Shown: positions 52,474 to 64,000 of the stretch, piece after piece
Layout of the letters: the number at the start of each line of letters is the position of its first letter
Position numbering within the stretch: position 1 is the first letter of the stretch
Assembly (NCBI GenBank): GCA_964016885.1
Contig: OZ024740.1
Coordinates: 195,858,001 to 195,922,000, forward strand
Direction: 5' to 3'
Origin: Eledone cirrhosa
Lineage: Eukaryota
DNA: 64,000 nt
Position numbers and translations under genes: made by a program
The notes under the pieces: model-generated
The model's input: only the letters and a program-made list of their open reading frames with translations
Database searches by the model: none
What the model was told of the DNA's origin: nothing

Positions 52474-52876
52474 TTAACCAATTTGATATCAAACTGTCTC
52501 TATGATTCCAACCTTGGCTCTATGATACCAAGCCATTTGTCTTAACCCTTTAGCATTTAAACCAGCCATATCCGGCCAGAATTCTCTCACCTCTTTCTCT
52601 TCAAACCAGCTGCTCGATATTATGCGAGATAATTATTTAAGATAAAAGCCTTTACCATGAAAATACAATAGTATATATAGAGTAATGTAAATGCTAAAGG
52701 GTTAAACTGTTTGTTATAATTTTATGTATGAACCTTTCTTAAGTTACATTCCAATCAGCAGATTAGTAAAAAAGTTAGTTACATGACTAAATTTTACAAG
52801 TTCTTAATTATTTTCAAAATTAATTGAAAATTCTAGGTAGTGTCTTTAATTAGAAATATGGTAACGAAAGGGTTAA
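52474..52876. mobile_element. piggyBac-type MITE (family 3) with a family 1 MITE nested at an internal TTAA (52542-52705)
   Basis: Outer TTAA-cc...ggtaacgaaaggg-TTAA; inner perfect family 1 TIRs with TTAA. Related outer-type copies at 53673-53900 and 58150-58527. Confidence 0.8.
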
Positions 52877-53000
52877 TGCTAAATATTGAAAAAATATTCA
52901 ATTCTATTCTTTTCCTAATGAAAAAGAATCAAGACATTCATATGAGGATTGGGGCATTTTTCTAACATTTCCACTAGACTAAAATGGTCTTTAATATAGA

Positions 53001-53232
53001 AACCCTTTAGTTCCAACCCGGCCAAAACTGGCTCTAATTCTATAAAATAAAGCCACCCATATTAAAGGTTTCCAATCTAATTAAATCTTCCAACATAATT
53101 TTATATAAGAATCTTACATTAAGTTACTATCTTAGTATTGAAATAATTAACAATTTTGGTAAATCCTCAAAATTCTTCATTAATTATTTGAAATAGTGTA
53201 TTTCATAAGAAATGCACTCATGAAAAGGTTAA
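53001..53232 (-). mobile_element. piggyBac-type MITE family 2
   Basis: Reverse complement of 18595-18833. Confidence 0.8.
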
Positions 53233-54151
53233 GGCTCGAATATAAATCAGATCTTCTCATCTCACAAACTATTAAAAAATACTCTTCTGATATTTGGTTA
53301 TATATACTGTATTTTATTCTTTTAGTGGTTTCAGTCATTAGACTACTGTCATGTATGTATTTATATTAGCAGTTTGACTTATTAATGCATGAATAAGTCA
53401 AACTGTTAAAATAAATATGTAATTTCAACTGCCACATTATGTGTTGATTGCTCTTTTCACCTATTTGTACCCACACTTTGTGTGTGTGTGGTATATGATT
53501 GGAATTAGAAAAGTCCTAATTCTGAAGATTACCAGATAGTTAAGGTTTGATTTCATAATCAAGAAAGGAGCTTTTATTTGGGACACTGAAATCTGAATGG
53601 AGATCTTATACAAAAATCACCATTCTTCTCCAAGTTGTCTATCCAAGATTTCCAATATTTTGGACAGACTATTTAACCCTTTGGATACCATCTACTAAAA
53701 GCTTCTATGGAACAAAACCATCCATTTTAAATGCTTCTGATTTAAAATAAAATCTTCCACCATAATTTTGTATATGTATCTTTTGTTATGTTAGAAATAC
53801 CCTTAATAACTGAAATATGTTGAGTGGATCCCTCCAAATTCTTCAGTAATTAATTCAAATAGAATGTATTTTATTAGTAATATAGCAAAGAAAGGGTTGA
53901 TCTTCCTTTCTCTTAACTCTTCTATCTTTTTAAAAGTGTTGGAAAGAGATTGAATCTTTGGAAATCCAAATGATAACAAAACATTTGTTAATAAAACTCC
54001 CTCTCTACATAGAGTTAGTTGTAAAGCTGTACCTATTACTATTCATACTACTTACAGCTAGTTAGATTAAGCAATAGCAATTAACTATTTCTTTACTACA
54101 ACCTTGATCTCAAAGCATGATATGAATCATCAACTCTCTCGCTCTCTCTCT

Positions 54152-54182
<31 letters not shown>

Positions 54183-57100
54183 GCTCTCTCTCTCGCTCTC
54201 TCTCTCGCTCTCTCTCTCTCTCTGTTGCTGTCATTCTTTTTCCCTTCCCCCTATTTTACTCTTTTCATCTTTCTGTTACTTTTCCTATCTTACTCTCCCC
54301 CTCTCTCTAGTGAGGGAGAGAGTTGGGGGAGATAAAGAACTTGTTAGCTTGACCAGCTGTGACTTATGCACTTCTACATATTTCTATCAGTCTGACTCAT
54401 TTAACAGTGGCGATCAATAGACTGAATCTCCAAGATCTAAACATTATACATTCATCCTGTCTATGTTCCCTTTATGGCCCTTTATATTAAAAGGGTTGAG
54501 AGATGTTTTTTTCTTTTCTCTCTTTGTACAATACTTTTGAAGAACAAGAATTTGGGTCTAGATATAGTTATAAAGCCCCACCCTTATCCATCTCCTGTAT
54601 TATTTATGTTATTTTCTTTTATTGTCACTACCATCCCCACTAATAAACCTTTTGGAATTCCATTCCCTAATCCATGAGCAGTCAGTGTCATGGGAAATAC
54701 TTTAAAGTGCTGTTCACTGAAATGGAGAATTATAATAGCAAATGAACCTTTTCATGAAAGGCAGTGTTCCTTATTGTGAATCAGACATCATACTGTGTTT
54801 CATTGCATTACAAGAATCAATGTAAAACTTGAAAGAGATGTTTAGGCTGGTTAAATTTCATACATGTTGTTACTAGTTCTTATTTATAGTAGTGTAGCAA
54901 AATAATGGCTTCTATCTTTATTTTTTTCTTTCTTTCCTTTCAATAAGTTCCTTGTCTTGTGGAATGGTTGTTTTATTTCTAGCAACATGTTGGCTTGTCT
55001 TTAATTATTGATTTTGGTTTGATCCTTAAATGTCCATTAATTGAATTCCTATACAATTTTTACTGACTCATACATACAGTATTGTGTAGTTATTACTTCT
55101 TGTTGCACTTAAAAGAACATTTGTTACAACTAACTTGTATATAATATCACGGTCTACTTATCAGAGTAAAAATACCTAAGAAGCATCTATATAGTTGCTT
55201 GACCTACAAGAAATAGAAGCCAAATATTCCTCATCTCACCATGTTATTCTAGGGAAAAGGACACAAACTAGGGCAGCCTCTATATGGTTGTTCAATCTGC
55301 TCGAAATAAGTCAAATCTCCTTCAATTCAGGGTTGATAAAATATCAGTCCAGAGCGTTGGATTGGCAAAACTGTTTGAACTTCACGTTGCCCCAGTATAC
55401 TCAGCTGAAAATGACTATCAGTTGGGGGTTTAACCCCGCAATGGACTGGTGTCCTGTCCAGGGGGAAGTCTTGTACTCTCAGTCGCTTCACACCATGAAA
55501 CCGAGGATAAGCACCAGCCTTATGAGCCTCCACTTAAGACAGGCTTTAGACTTATGTGCGCTGTATTAAAGTTTGTTTTTTTACATTAAAAACTATTAAA
55601 ATGTCCCCTGGATTATGTTTAAATTGAGAGTCTACCGTAAATTAAACTCTGTGTGTAACCTGAGACAATACTACAAAGCACTTCAAATAGATAGCATCCT
55701 GATGTAAGTGGAACTGTTTTTCATTTGCATGTGAAATTGAGAAGGGAAAGTAGATACTAAGCGATAGCATATGGATGTAAAAGTTCCAAAGATATAAAAA
55801 ATCAACCAAAAACTACTTCGAGATGTTAATAAAAATAGAAAAGTAAATTTAAGTGTATTAATTTTCTAATTTAGGTAACCTTGTATTAATTTTGGATATA
55901 CTGTTATTAATCTGGATATACAACAAAGAAAATATATCTCAAGTGTTTTTGTTTTTGGAAATATCAATTAAGAAGAATCCTACTTATGACTTATGTTTAT
56001 GTTAATTTGGGTCAGACAATAAATGCCTATTAATAATTTTGAAGCAAAGAACTTAAGGTTGTTTTTTATTCACACAAAATTTCCAAATTGTGTTATTCAC
56101 GCACACACACACACACATATATATATATACATGTATATATGTGTATATGTGGAAGAATGGATGTAAAACGGTGATGATGATGATGATATATATCTATATA
56201 TATAATCTACTTTTAGAAACATTGAATGGATATGTATTTATTGAAAATTAACCTAAAGTTAGAGTTGAAAATTTCGACTTTTTCTTGACCAGGGGCTTTT
56301 ATGCCTAAATTGTTAGTCTATTTTTCATAGTAAAAAAAATGTGTTGAAGCTTCTAACTCTAGGTTACTTTCAATAAGTGTGTGTGTGTGTGAAGCTGATG
56401 ATTCATTCTATCACAACTCTGAGTTTCTCTCAAGAAACTACTTTGGAGTAGTAATGAAGTGAATTAATAAATGAATAAATAAACCCTTGTACATGTATCC
56501 AATATGTTTTCTCCCATTTGTTCACCCTAAAATACACTCTATTGTTCTCTTGTGACAAGCCAGCTTGTTCATTTTAATCTATCTTACCATCATCTTCATA
56601 TTTACATATGTTTTTCCATGTTCACATTGGTTAGATAATTTTTCTGCACTGCCATATCTCTCATCTTGTTTATTTCCTTTGTCATCTCTTTTATGACATT
56701 CAGTTTCTTAAGATCAGCTTTCTCTGCCTCCATCTTTCTTGGTTACCCTCCTTCCACTTGGAACTCTTGACAATTCTTCATCCAATGATTATAATTATCA
56801 TCCACACACATTACATGTCCATACCAACAGATATTAATCTCCTTTGAGAATTGTGTAGTTAGTACAAAGTGTATCTGTTTTCCTCAGCAACACGAGAATT
56901 TTTAACAACAACAACTAAAATGAATGTAAAGGATTTTCTATTAAAAAAATTTTTTTTTTAATTAATCCACATAGCTTTGGTATTCTTACTTGCTCCAGCT
57001 ATAACAGCTAAATTTCTTTCAATAAATTCTTTACTGTCTTTATCAAAAAATATATCTAGTCAAATGAATTCTTGAGTAGCTATAATTACAAGTGACAAGC

Positions 57101-60100
57101 TATATTGTAATAGTATAATGGCGGTCTGCATCAGAAAAAGACCAAACAGGACAAAAAGAAAAGCTTATATATTCTCTGATTCTTCCATAAACAACACAGC
57201 CTGAAATGTTACATCTTCTGTTATTTTCTAACATATCTCTCCTTTTGCTTTCTATTTTTGTTATTTGTATTTTGTCTGAGTTCAAATCCCACTGAGGCTA
57301 GCTTTGCCTTTCGTCCTTATGGGGTTGATAAAATATAGTACTAGTCACACACCGGGGTCAATTTAATCGACTTTCCCCTCCACAAAATTGGCCTTTTTCC
57401 TAAATCAGAAACCATTATTTGTATTTTGTCTACCGTTTACTTCTTTTTTTTTTTTTTTTTTTTTTTTGAGTTTTGTCATTATCAGTCTATGTTAATGGTT
57501 ATCTGCATCTAACTTATCATACACAGTTGGAAAACGATCTTGTTGGTCATAACAAAAATACTATTAATCCTTAATCATTTGTCATTTATTATGCTGTCAT
57601 ATATTACTTTAACAACTTTGATTTTTATTCTTTCCCTCCTTTGCTGATCTTGTGTTGTATGTATCCACTTTAGAATAGGTTCACCTTACCCCTGTATGTC
57701 ATAAGCAGAATGAATAGGGTTGGTGCCAAGAGGGGCATCCTGCTGTAAAGCATTACTTCAAAAGGTTCTCATGGTGGGCACAAAGCCTTTAATGAGACCC
57801 ATAAGGTTAGCTTGTACTTCAGTAAGGAAAAACGGCCATAGAATGCTTGCTGTCCGCCCCCCTCTTCCTGTCTTCTCCCATATCTGTGTGTATGGCATGA
57901 TATGTAATATTTGAAGTTACCAAGCAATTCAGTTGTTTTAGGATGTAGAGAAAAATAAATCGGAGAGTTGCATCTCTACTTAATGAAAAGCTAATTTCTT
58001 CACAACCTCATTAGCAACTTTAATGACAAATGATAAAAAGGTGGGATGTTGGGTGATATCTATAAATTATAGACATTTCTCTGTTTCTCTTTCTTGGACA
58101 ATGATATTTTAAGTTTTATTCAAAACAAAAAGTGAAAAAATAAAGTTGCTTAACCCGCTTGGTACCAATCCATCTGTGGCAGCTTCTGGTTCTTTGCTCA
58201 GAAACTTCCATTTTAAAGTATTTATATTTACATTAAAATCTCTTGTCTTAATTGTACACAAAAATCTTTCTTTTAAATGTGGCCATATGTATCCTGGTTT
58301 TTAGACTAGGTATACAGTATCCCTGTATGTTGTAAGAGTTAAGTAAAAGGGCTGGTGTTAGGAAGGACATCTGGTTGTAAAACATTTCCTCATAAAGTCC
58401 CATTTAACTCGTATCAGCATGGAAAAGTGGTGTAAAAATGATGATGATGAACCTTTCTGTTAAATAACTCCAAAGGCATCATATAATAAGGGGTGGTTTC
58501 AGGCAGTTCTGGTATCGAAAGGGTTAATCATTATCTTTCCTCTTGTATTACACATAACAGCTGCAGTTCTATATTATCTCTGCTTCACAACTTATTAATT
58601 TATTAGTGAAGTAACCTGACTACATTATCGTCAGATACCATGCTTTGTAGCATAGTATGGCCCTTTACGTTCTGAGTTCAAATCCTGCCGAGGTTATCTT
58701 TGTCTTTCATCCTTACGGGGTCGATAAAATAAAGTACCAGTAATGCACTGAGATCGATTTAATCGACTTTCCCTTTCCTCCAAATTGCTGGCCTTGTGCC
58801 TAAAGTAGAAACAATTATTGGTCATGTGACTAATAGTGAAATGCAACAGCCAATAACAACAAAACAGTTGTGTTGAACCTGATAAAGTTTGCCAGTGACA
58901 AGAAGAATACAACTACTAAAATATTCAAGCTATTCCCTCTTTGTTTCACTCTCAGTCTTCAGTTACATTGATGTGTGTGTGTTCAGGTTATTTTTTGTTA
59001 TTGTTTTGAAATGGTAATTGATATAGAACTCTATAACTTCAACATGTTTACATCTTCAGCCAAACCTTTGTGACATAACCATATTAGGTACTAACTCTTT
59101 TATCCATTTACTTTGAAATAATTCTAAATTTATTGTAAAAAAATTCAAGTGTCTTTTGTGGTTATGAAAACGGAAAAGGAAGGGAAAGGCAAGGGCTCTA
59201 GGGTCACAGAAGAATGGGGAGGGTGTTGAACTCTAGAATTGGTTCATATTTTAACAACTACTAGAATTTGTTCATAATATTCAATTTTGAAATCTCATTT
59301 TTGTGAATTTCAATTGAGTATAGAAATTGTTTTTTGCTAATATTTTTTCAAGTTTTAAGATATGGGGATTTAAAAAAAAAAAATTCAAAAGAAACTAATT
59401 TAATCACAATCTCTTAATGTCCTGTACCACATGAGCAAGACATTCTTGAAAAGTACAAAATAGCACTATGAGTGAATTACATTAAAAAATTGAAGATTTA
59501 ATTTGAATATTGCAAATTTTTACAATGATCTGTTTACTAGTAAAGAAAGATACTATAAACTTTTGAATTAACAAATTGTTTTTTTTTTTCTTTAAAAAAA
59601 AAACATATTCTCTGCTAAACCATTACAGGATGTTAAGAGTTAATGTCAACTTTACTTGCATAAGGATACACCCTCACCACCATCATTATCATTTAATTGT
59701 TTCTACTTTTGGCACAAGGCCAGCAATTACCCAGTGCATTACTGGTACTTTATTTCATCGACCCCGTAAGGATGACAAGCAAAGTTAACCTCATCATTTA
59801 ATGTCCATTTCCCTTGCTAGCAAGGGTTGGACAATTATTAAAAAATAATCCTTACATATTATTAGTATTAATTTTATAAATTTTATTGATATGAAAAACT
59901 AAGTCAATAAATAAACTACTGTTCTTGAGTGGTGGATTGAGTGCCTTTAGTAGAGTCCACTGTGTGTTGCAAGTATTTCTTGGGAATGAGTGTGTGTCTG
60001 TTACAGATAAACATACCCACTACATTATTTTATATTGAGTCCTTTTTTGAGATATTGTCTTAAACTTTATTCTTGAAATACAAACACAGACACACACACA

Positions 60101-60355
60101 CAACACACAACACACACCATCATCATCATCATCATTTTACGTCAGCTTTTCCCTGCTTGCAAGGGTGGGACGGGTCTTATTCATATATATATATACACAT
60201 ACACACACATCATCATCATTTAACGTCCATTTTCCATGCTAGCATGGGTTAGACGGATTGTTCCATTAGAGGCAAGTTGGATCAGGTGATTATCTTGCTC
60301 ATATAGAACTGTTTCTGACTCGGTTCCTATGGCTGGATGCCCTTCCTAACACCAA

Positions 60356-60404
<49 letters not shown>

Positions 60405-60567
60405 GAAGAAAATGTTGGCAGTGACTTTGAAATTTTGCTTCATATGACATTAGAAGAGGCATTGGTTGAAACTTTTCTTGGGAAAATATATCTTACATTC
60501 TGCTCACATAGATTGAATATTTTATGTACACTTATACATAAAATAGCCACCTCAGTATGTGTATATA

Positions 60568-60648
60568 CAAGGCGTCCCCAAAAAATTTACACACACTTCA
60601 ACAACATTCTAATAAATTTGTGTATACATTTTTCGGGGGGACGCCCTG
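60568..60648. mobile_element. Tc1/mariner-type mini-MITE
   Basis: ~28-bp imperfect TIRs caaggcgtccccaaaaaatttacacaca / tgtgtatacatttttcggggggacgccctg in a TA context; 81 bp. Confidence 0.7.
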
Positions 60649-60804
60649 CATATGTCATCATTAGAAACTGAAAGAGGGAAAGGAATCTGAACATTTGTCC
60701 TACTTTTCCCATTATTATTGGAGAATATGGTATTTTTCAGTTTTTTTTATAAATATGGTCTTAAATTAATAATTGTTATTTTGTTTTATTTTGTTTTTTT
60801 TCAG

Positions 60805-60904
60805 TTGTTACCAAAATTGAAACAAACCAAATTTCCTCCTCACTTAATTGTGGATTTTACACCTGCTTCTCTGAATTATTCATTATTCCTAAAAGTTCTA
60901 CAAG
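60805..60904 (+). other. Candidate 100-nt internal exon (UTR or coding)
   Basis: Long T-tract + CAG acceptor (ends 60804) and AAG|GTAAGC donor (GT at 60905); non-repetitive; two of three frames open. Confidence 0.45.
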
Positions 60905-63900
60905 GTAAGCACTGCTTTTTCTACCAGTAAAGAAAAAAAATTGTTACTTCCTCTTTGTCTTTCATTCCTGATATAATCTGTTGGTCACATTAATAGTAAT
61001 AATGGCTTCTAATGTAGGTACAAGGCTAACAATTTGTGGGGAATGGGGAAAGTCAATTACACCCACTCCAGTATATGACTAGTACTTTATATCATTGACT
61101 TCGAAAGGATGAAAAACAAGGTTGACAGCAGGATTTGAACTCAGAATTCAAAGGTCTGTAACTAAGTACTGCAAAACATTTTATCTGACACCCTAATGAT
61201 TCTGCCAATTCACTGCCCTATTATTAATAATTATTTGCAAAATAGGTACAATACTAGGAATTAAGAAGAGACTTTAGTCTTTTAAACTGACAGACTACTT
61301 GACTGGTACTTTATGTTATCAACCCTGGAAGGATGAAAAGCAAAGTTGACCGTAGCAGGATTTCAACTAAATGTAAAGGGCCGAGTTAAATGCCATAAAG
61401 CATTTGTTCGATGCCTTAATCATTCTACCAAAGTTGACCATGGCAGGATTTGAACTAAAAGTAAAGAGCCAAAATAAATACTCAAAACATTTGTCCTATG
61501 TTATAATCATTCTTCCAATAATAATTCCTTAACATTTACATTACTCTATATATGCTATTGTATTTTTGTGGTAAAAGCTTTACCTTACACAGTTATCTCC
61601 CATAATATCAAATCTACAAGATTTCAATGTTATTTATTTTGAGAACAATACCTTAACGTCAGTATGAGCGGCCGGTTACAGCCAGTTTGAACAGAAAGAG
61701 GTGGGCGAATTCTGGCCAGATATGGCTGCTTTAAAGGATAAAGTGGTAAAGTATTATTGAAACAAAATCGTTATTGTCATGGTAATATGAAATGTTTTTG
61801 AAATAATTTCAAGCCTTTATTAGACATGGTGAGCTAAGAATCACCCTCTGCTTTCTAGTACTAGATTAGTCACTAACAATAAAGCATATTATTTCCCTAT
61901 ACATAAGTGGTTTTTGTTTAGCTTCAGATCAGTCCTGACAAAGCAAATCTATGATGAAAGACATTCAAGCCATGATCATCCCATCATTTTTGCAGGCATA
62001 GTATATCTAGGACTACATTATCCAATGAGGCTAGTCTTTATTTTTTTAATTTGGTAATGTCTGATTTTAGGGAATTGGCTGCTATTTAAAGCAGGTTGAG
62101 CAACCATAAAGAGGTTCCATTGCTGGCTTGGAGCCTATCAAATTAGATATTTAGACTCTCTCAATCCTATTTTATGATGGAATGGTTAGCATTATGCAAG
62201 GACTGAAAGGTGAGATAGGAATGAAATTTTATGAAAAATTTGGCCCAACAATTTATGGAAATAGAAATATCAAGATTTAGTTTTAGAACAAGACCAAGAA
62301 AAAAAAATGTCAGTGGTTAATGTGTGTGTGTGGTGGGGGGCACCATTGGGATCACAGGCTATTGTGCAGCAATGACATCTTGTTGCAAAACACATTCATC
62401 ATCTGGCTTCAATTCTTAAAACATTTTTCATTCAACTTGTTTGTTCAAGGCTCTTAGAAAATGCAGGAGTGTTATAACTCTCATTTGCAATGAGGTAATG
62501 GTGGTGTCGCAATAAAATGTACCCAGTCTACCCTCTAAGGTAGTAGTGCTGGTGCCACAAGAAAAAGTACTCAGTCTACCCTGTTAGATAATAGTAGAGA
62601 AGTCACAATAAAATTCTCCCAGTAGACAGTGTAAAGTGGTTGGCATTAGGAAGGACATAAAGCCATAGAAACCAAACCAAAAATGGAATCTATGAGCAAG
62701 ACATGATCAGCTGACTGGTTCAGTTCCAGAATATGACAACTTGCCTAACTCACACAGCCATGGAAAATAGACAGTAAACAGTGATAATGATAACAATGAT
62801 GATAATATGTATCAAATTTAATACCAAATTCTTTGAGTCAATGCTCAGGTGGTAATATATAGATACATTTATATAGTAATAATGGAGCTTGAAAGAGGTT
62901 TTCACCATATCTATTTTTCCTCTTATTCTTGTAGAAACATATGTAGGGTTAGCTATCTATCTATATATATTTCTGGCTTCAAGCCTATCTGGAGAATGCA
63001 ACGGAAAGTTACTCCTGTATATCATCTCCAGAGACACAATGACATCATAACAACTTATATTAGGAACTGGATATAAGAAAATAGAATGTGCATGTATGTG
63101 TGTGTCACAATTTTTTTTTATATTATATTTGTTCAATGTTTAACCTTTGCTATGTTTCCTGTGCTTTTCCTCTCAAGTATTGAGTGGAATTTTTTAAATT
63201 ATCTTCAGAGAAATGAATAAGAATTTCATATTGGTAACCTTATGATAACTATTTGTATGCTACTGGTAAGCATTTATGCTTTTGTTTCCAGGCCAATGCT
63301 TATTGACTGTAGTTTTTGTTCCAGTTCTCTTATTATATCTTCGTTTTTATATTGTGTGGTTGTAGGGATCCAGTCCTGGAGTGTTTTCTCTGTTTATCTG
63401 TAAAGAATTTAGCAATGCTAACATTATTTCTTCTGCTAGAATAGGTATTGCTACTTAAAGAGTTATTCATGCCTGTTCATGAAATTAACATGTAAGTGGC
63501 TGAGCATTCCACAGACACTTGTGATCTTAATGTAATTCTCAGGGAGATTCAGTGTGACATAGTGTAGGACAAGGTTGACCTTTTGAATTACAGATACAGA
63601 CTATCCAACTGGCTTCCAAACAGTTTCCATCTACCCAATTCCATTCACAAAGCATAGGTCAACTCAAGACTGTGTTAAAGGACACTTGCCTAAGATGGCA
63701 TGCAGTGTGATTGAACCCGGGACCTAGTCAAACTCCTCAACTATTCAGCCATGCTGCATCCACTAATATAAACATAAGGTGTAGTGGTTAAGTAGTTTGT
63801 ATCACTGCCATGTGGTGCCTAGTTCAATCCTATTGAACAGTAGCTTCAAGAAATATCTTCTATTCTAACATTGGGTTGATCAGTGCCTTGTCAGTAAAAT

Positions 63901-63927
63901 TTAGTTGGTGGAAACTGAAAAAACCTG

Positions 63928-63974
<47 letters not shown>

Positions 63975-64000
63975 AACCCATGCCAGCATGGAAAAATGGA

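Overview
AT-rich, repeat-dense eukaryotic DNA. The repeat landscape (tRNA-derived SINEs, RTE LINEs with (GAT)n tails, long microsatellites) strongly resembles an octopus/coleoid cephalopod genome; this is inference, not a database match. I found no intact host protein-coding gene. The first ~600 bp are CpG-rich and the rest is CpG-depleted, consistent with a very long 5' intron of a gene-body-methylated gene, with one plausible 100-nt exon at 60805-60904. Recognisable coding remnants are all transposon-derived: RTE-clade RT fragments and Penelope-like element (PLE) RT and GIY-YIG fragments. There are also many piggyBac-type (TTAA) MITEs, one hAT MITE with an 8-bp TSD and one Tc1/mariner-type MITE. 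The most notable signal is a set of minimal type I hammerhead ribozyme (HHR) motifs. Two sit in near-perfect fold-back mini-elements of ~250 bp (2959-3205 and 37843-38088). Each carries head-to-head HHRs with a palindromic stem III, both share a conserved downstream stem-loop, and both end at (TA)n. Further HHRs lie at 14318-14396 (-) and 23101-23159 (+), with a relic at ~32388. A near-identical ~633-bp head-to-tail triplication embedded in (TA)n (40236-42052) is also unexplained.
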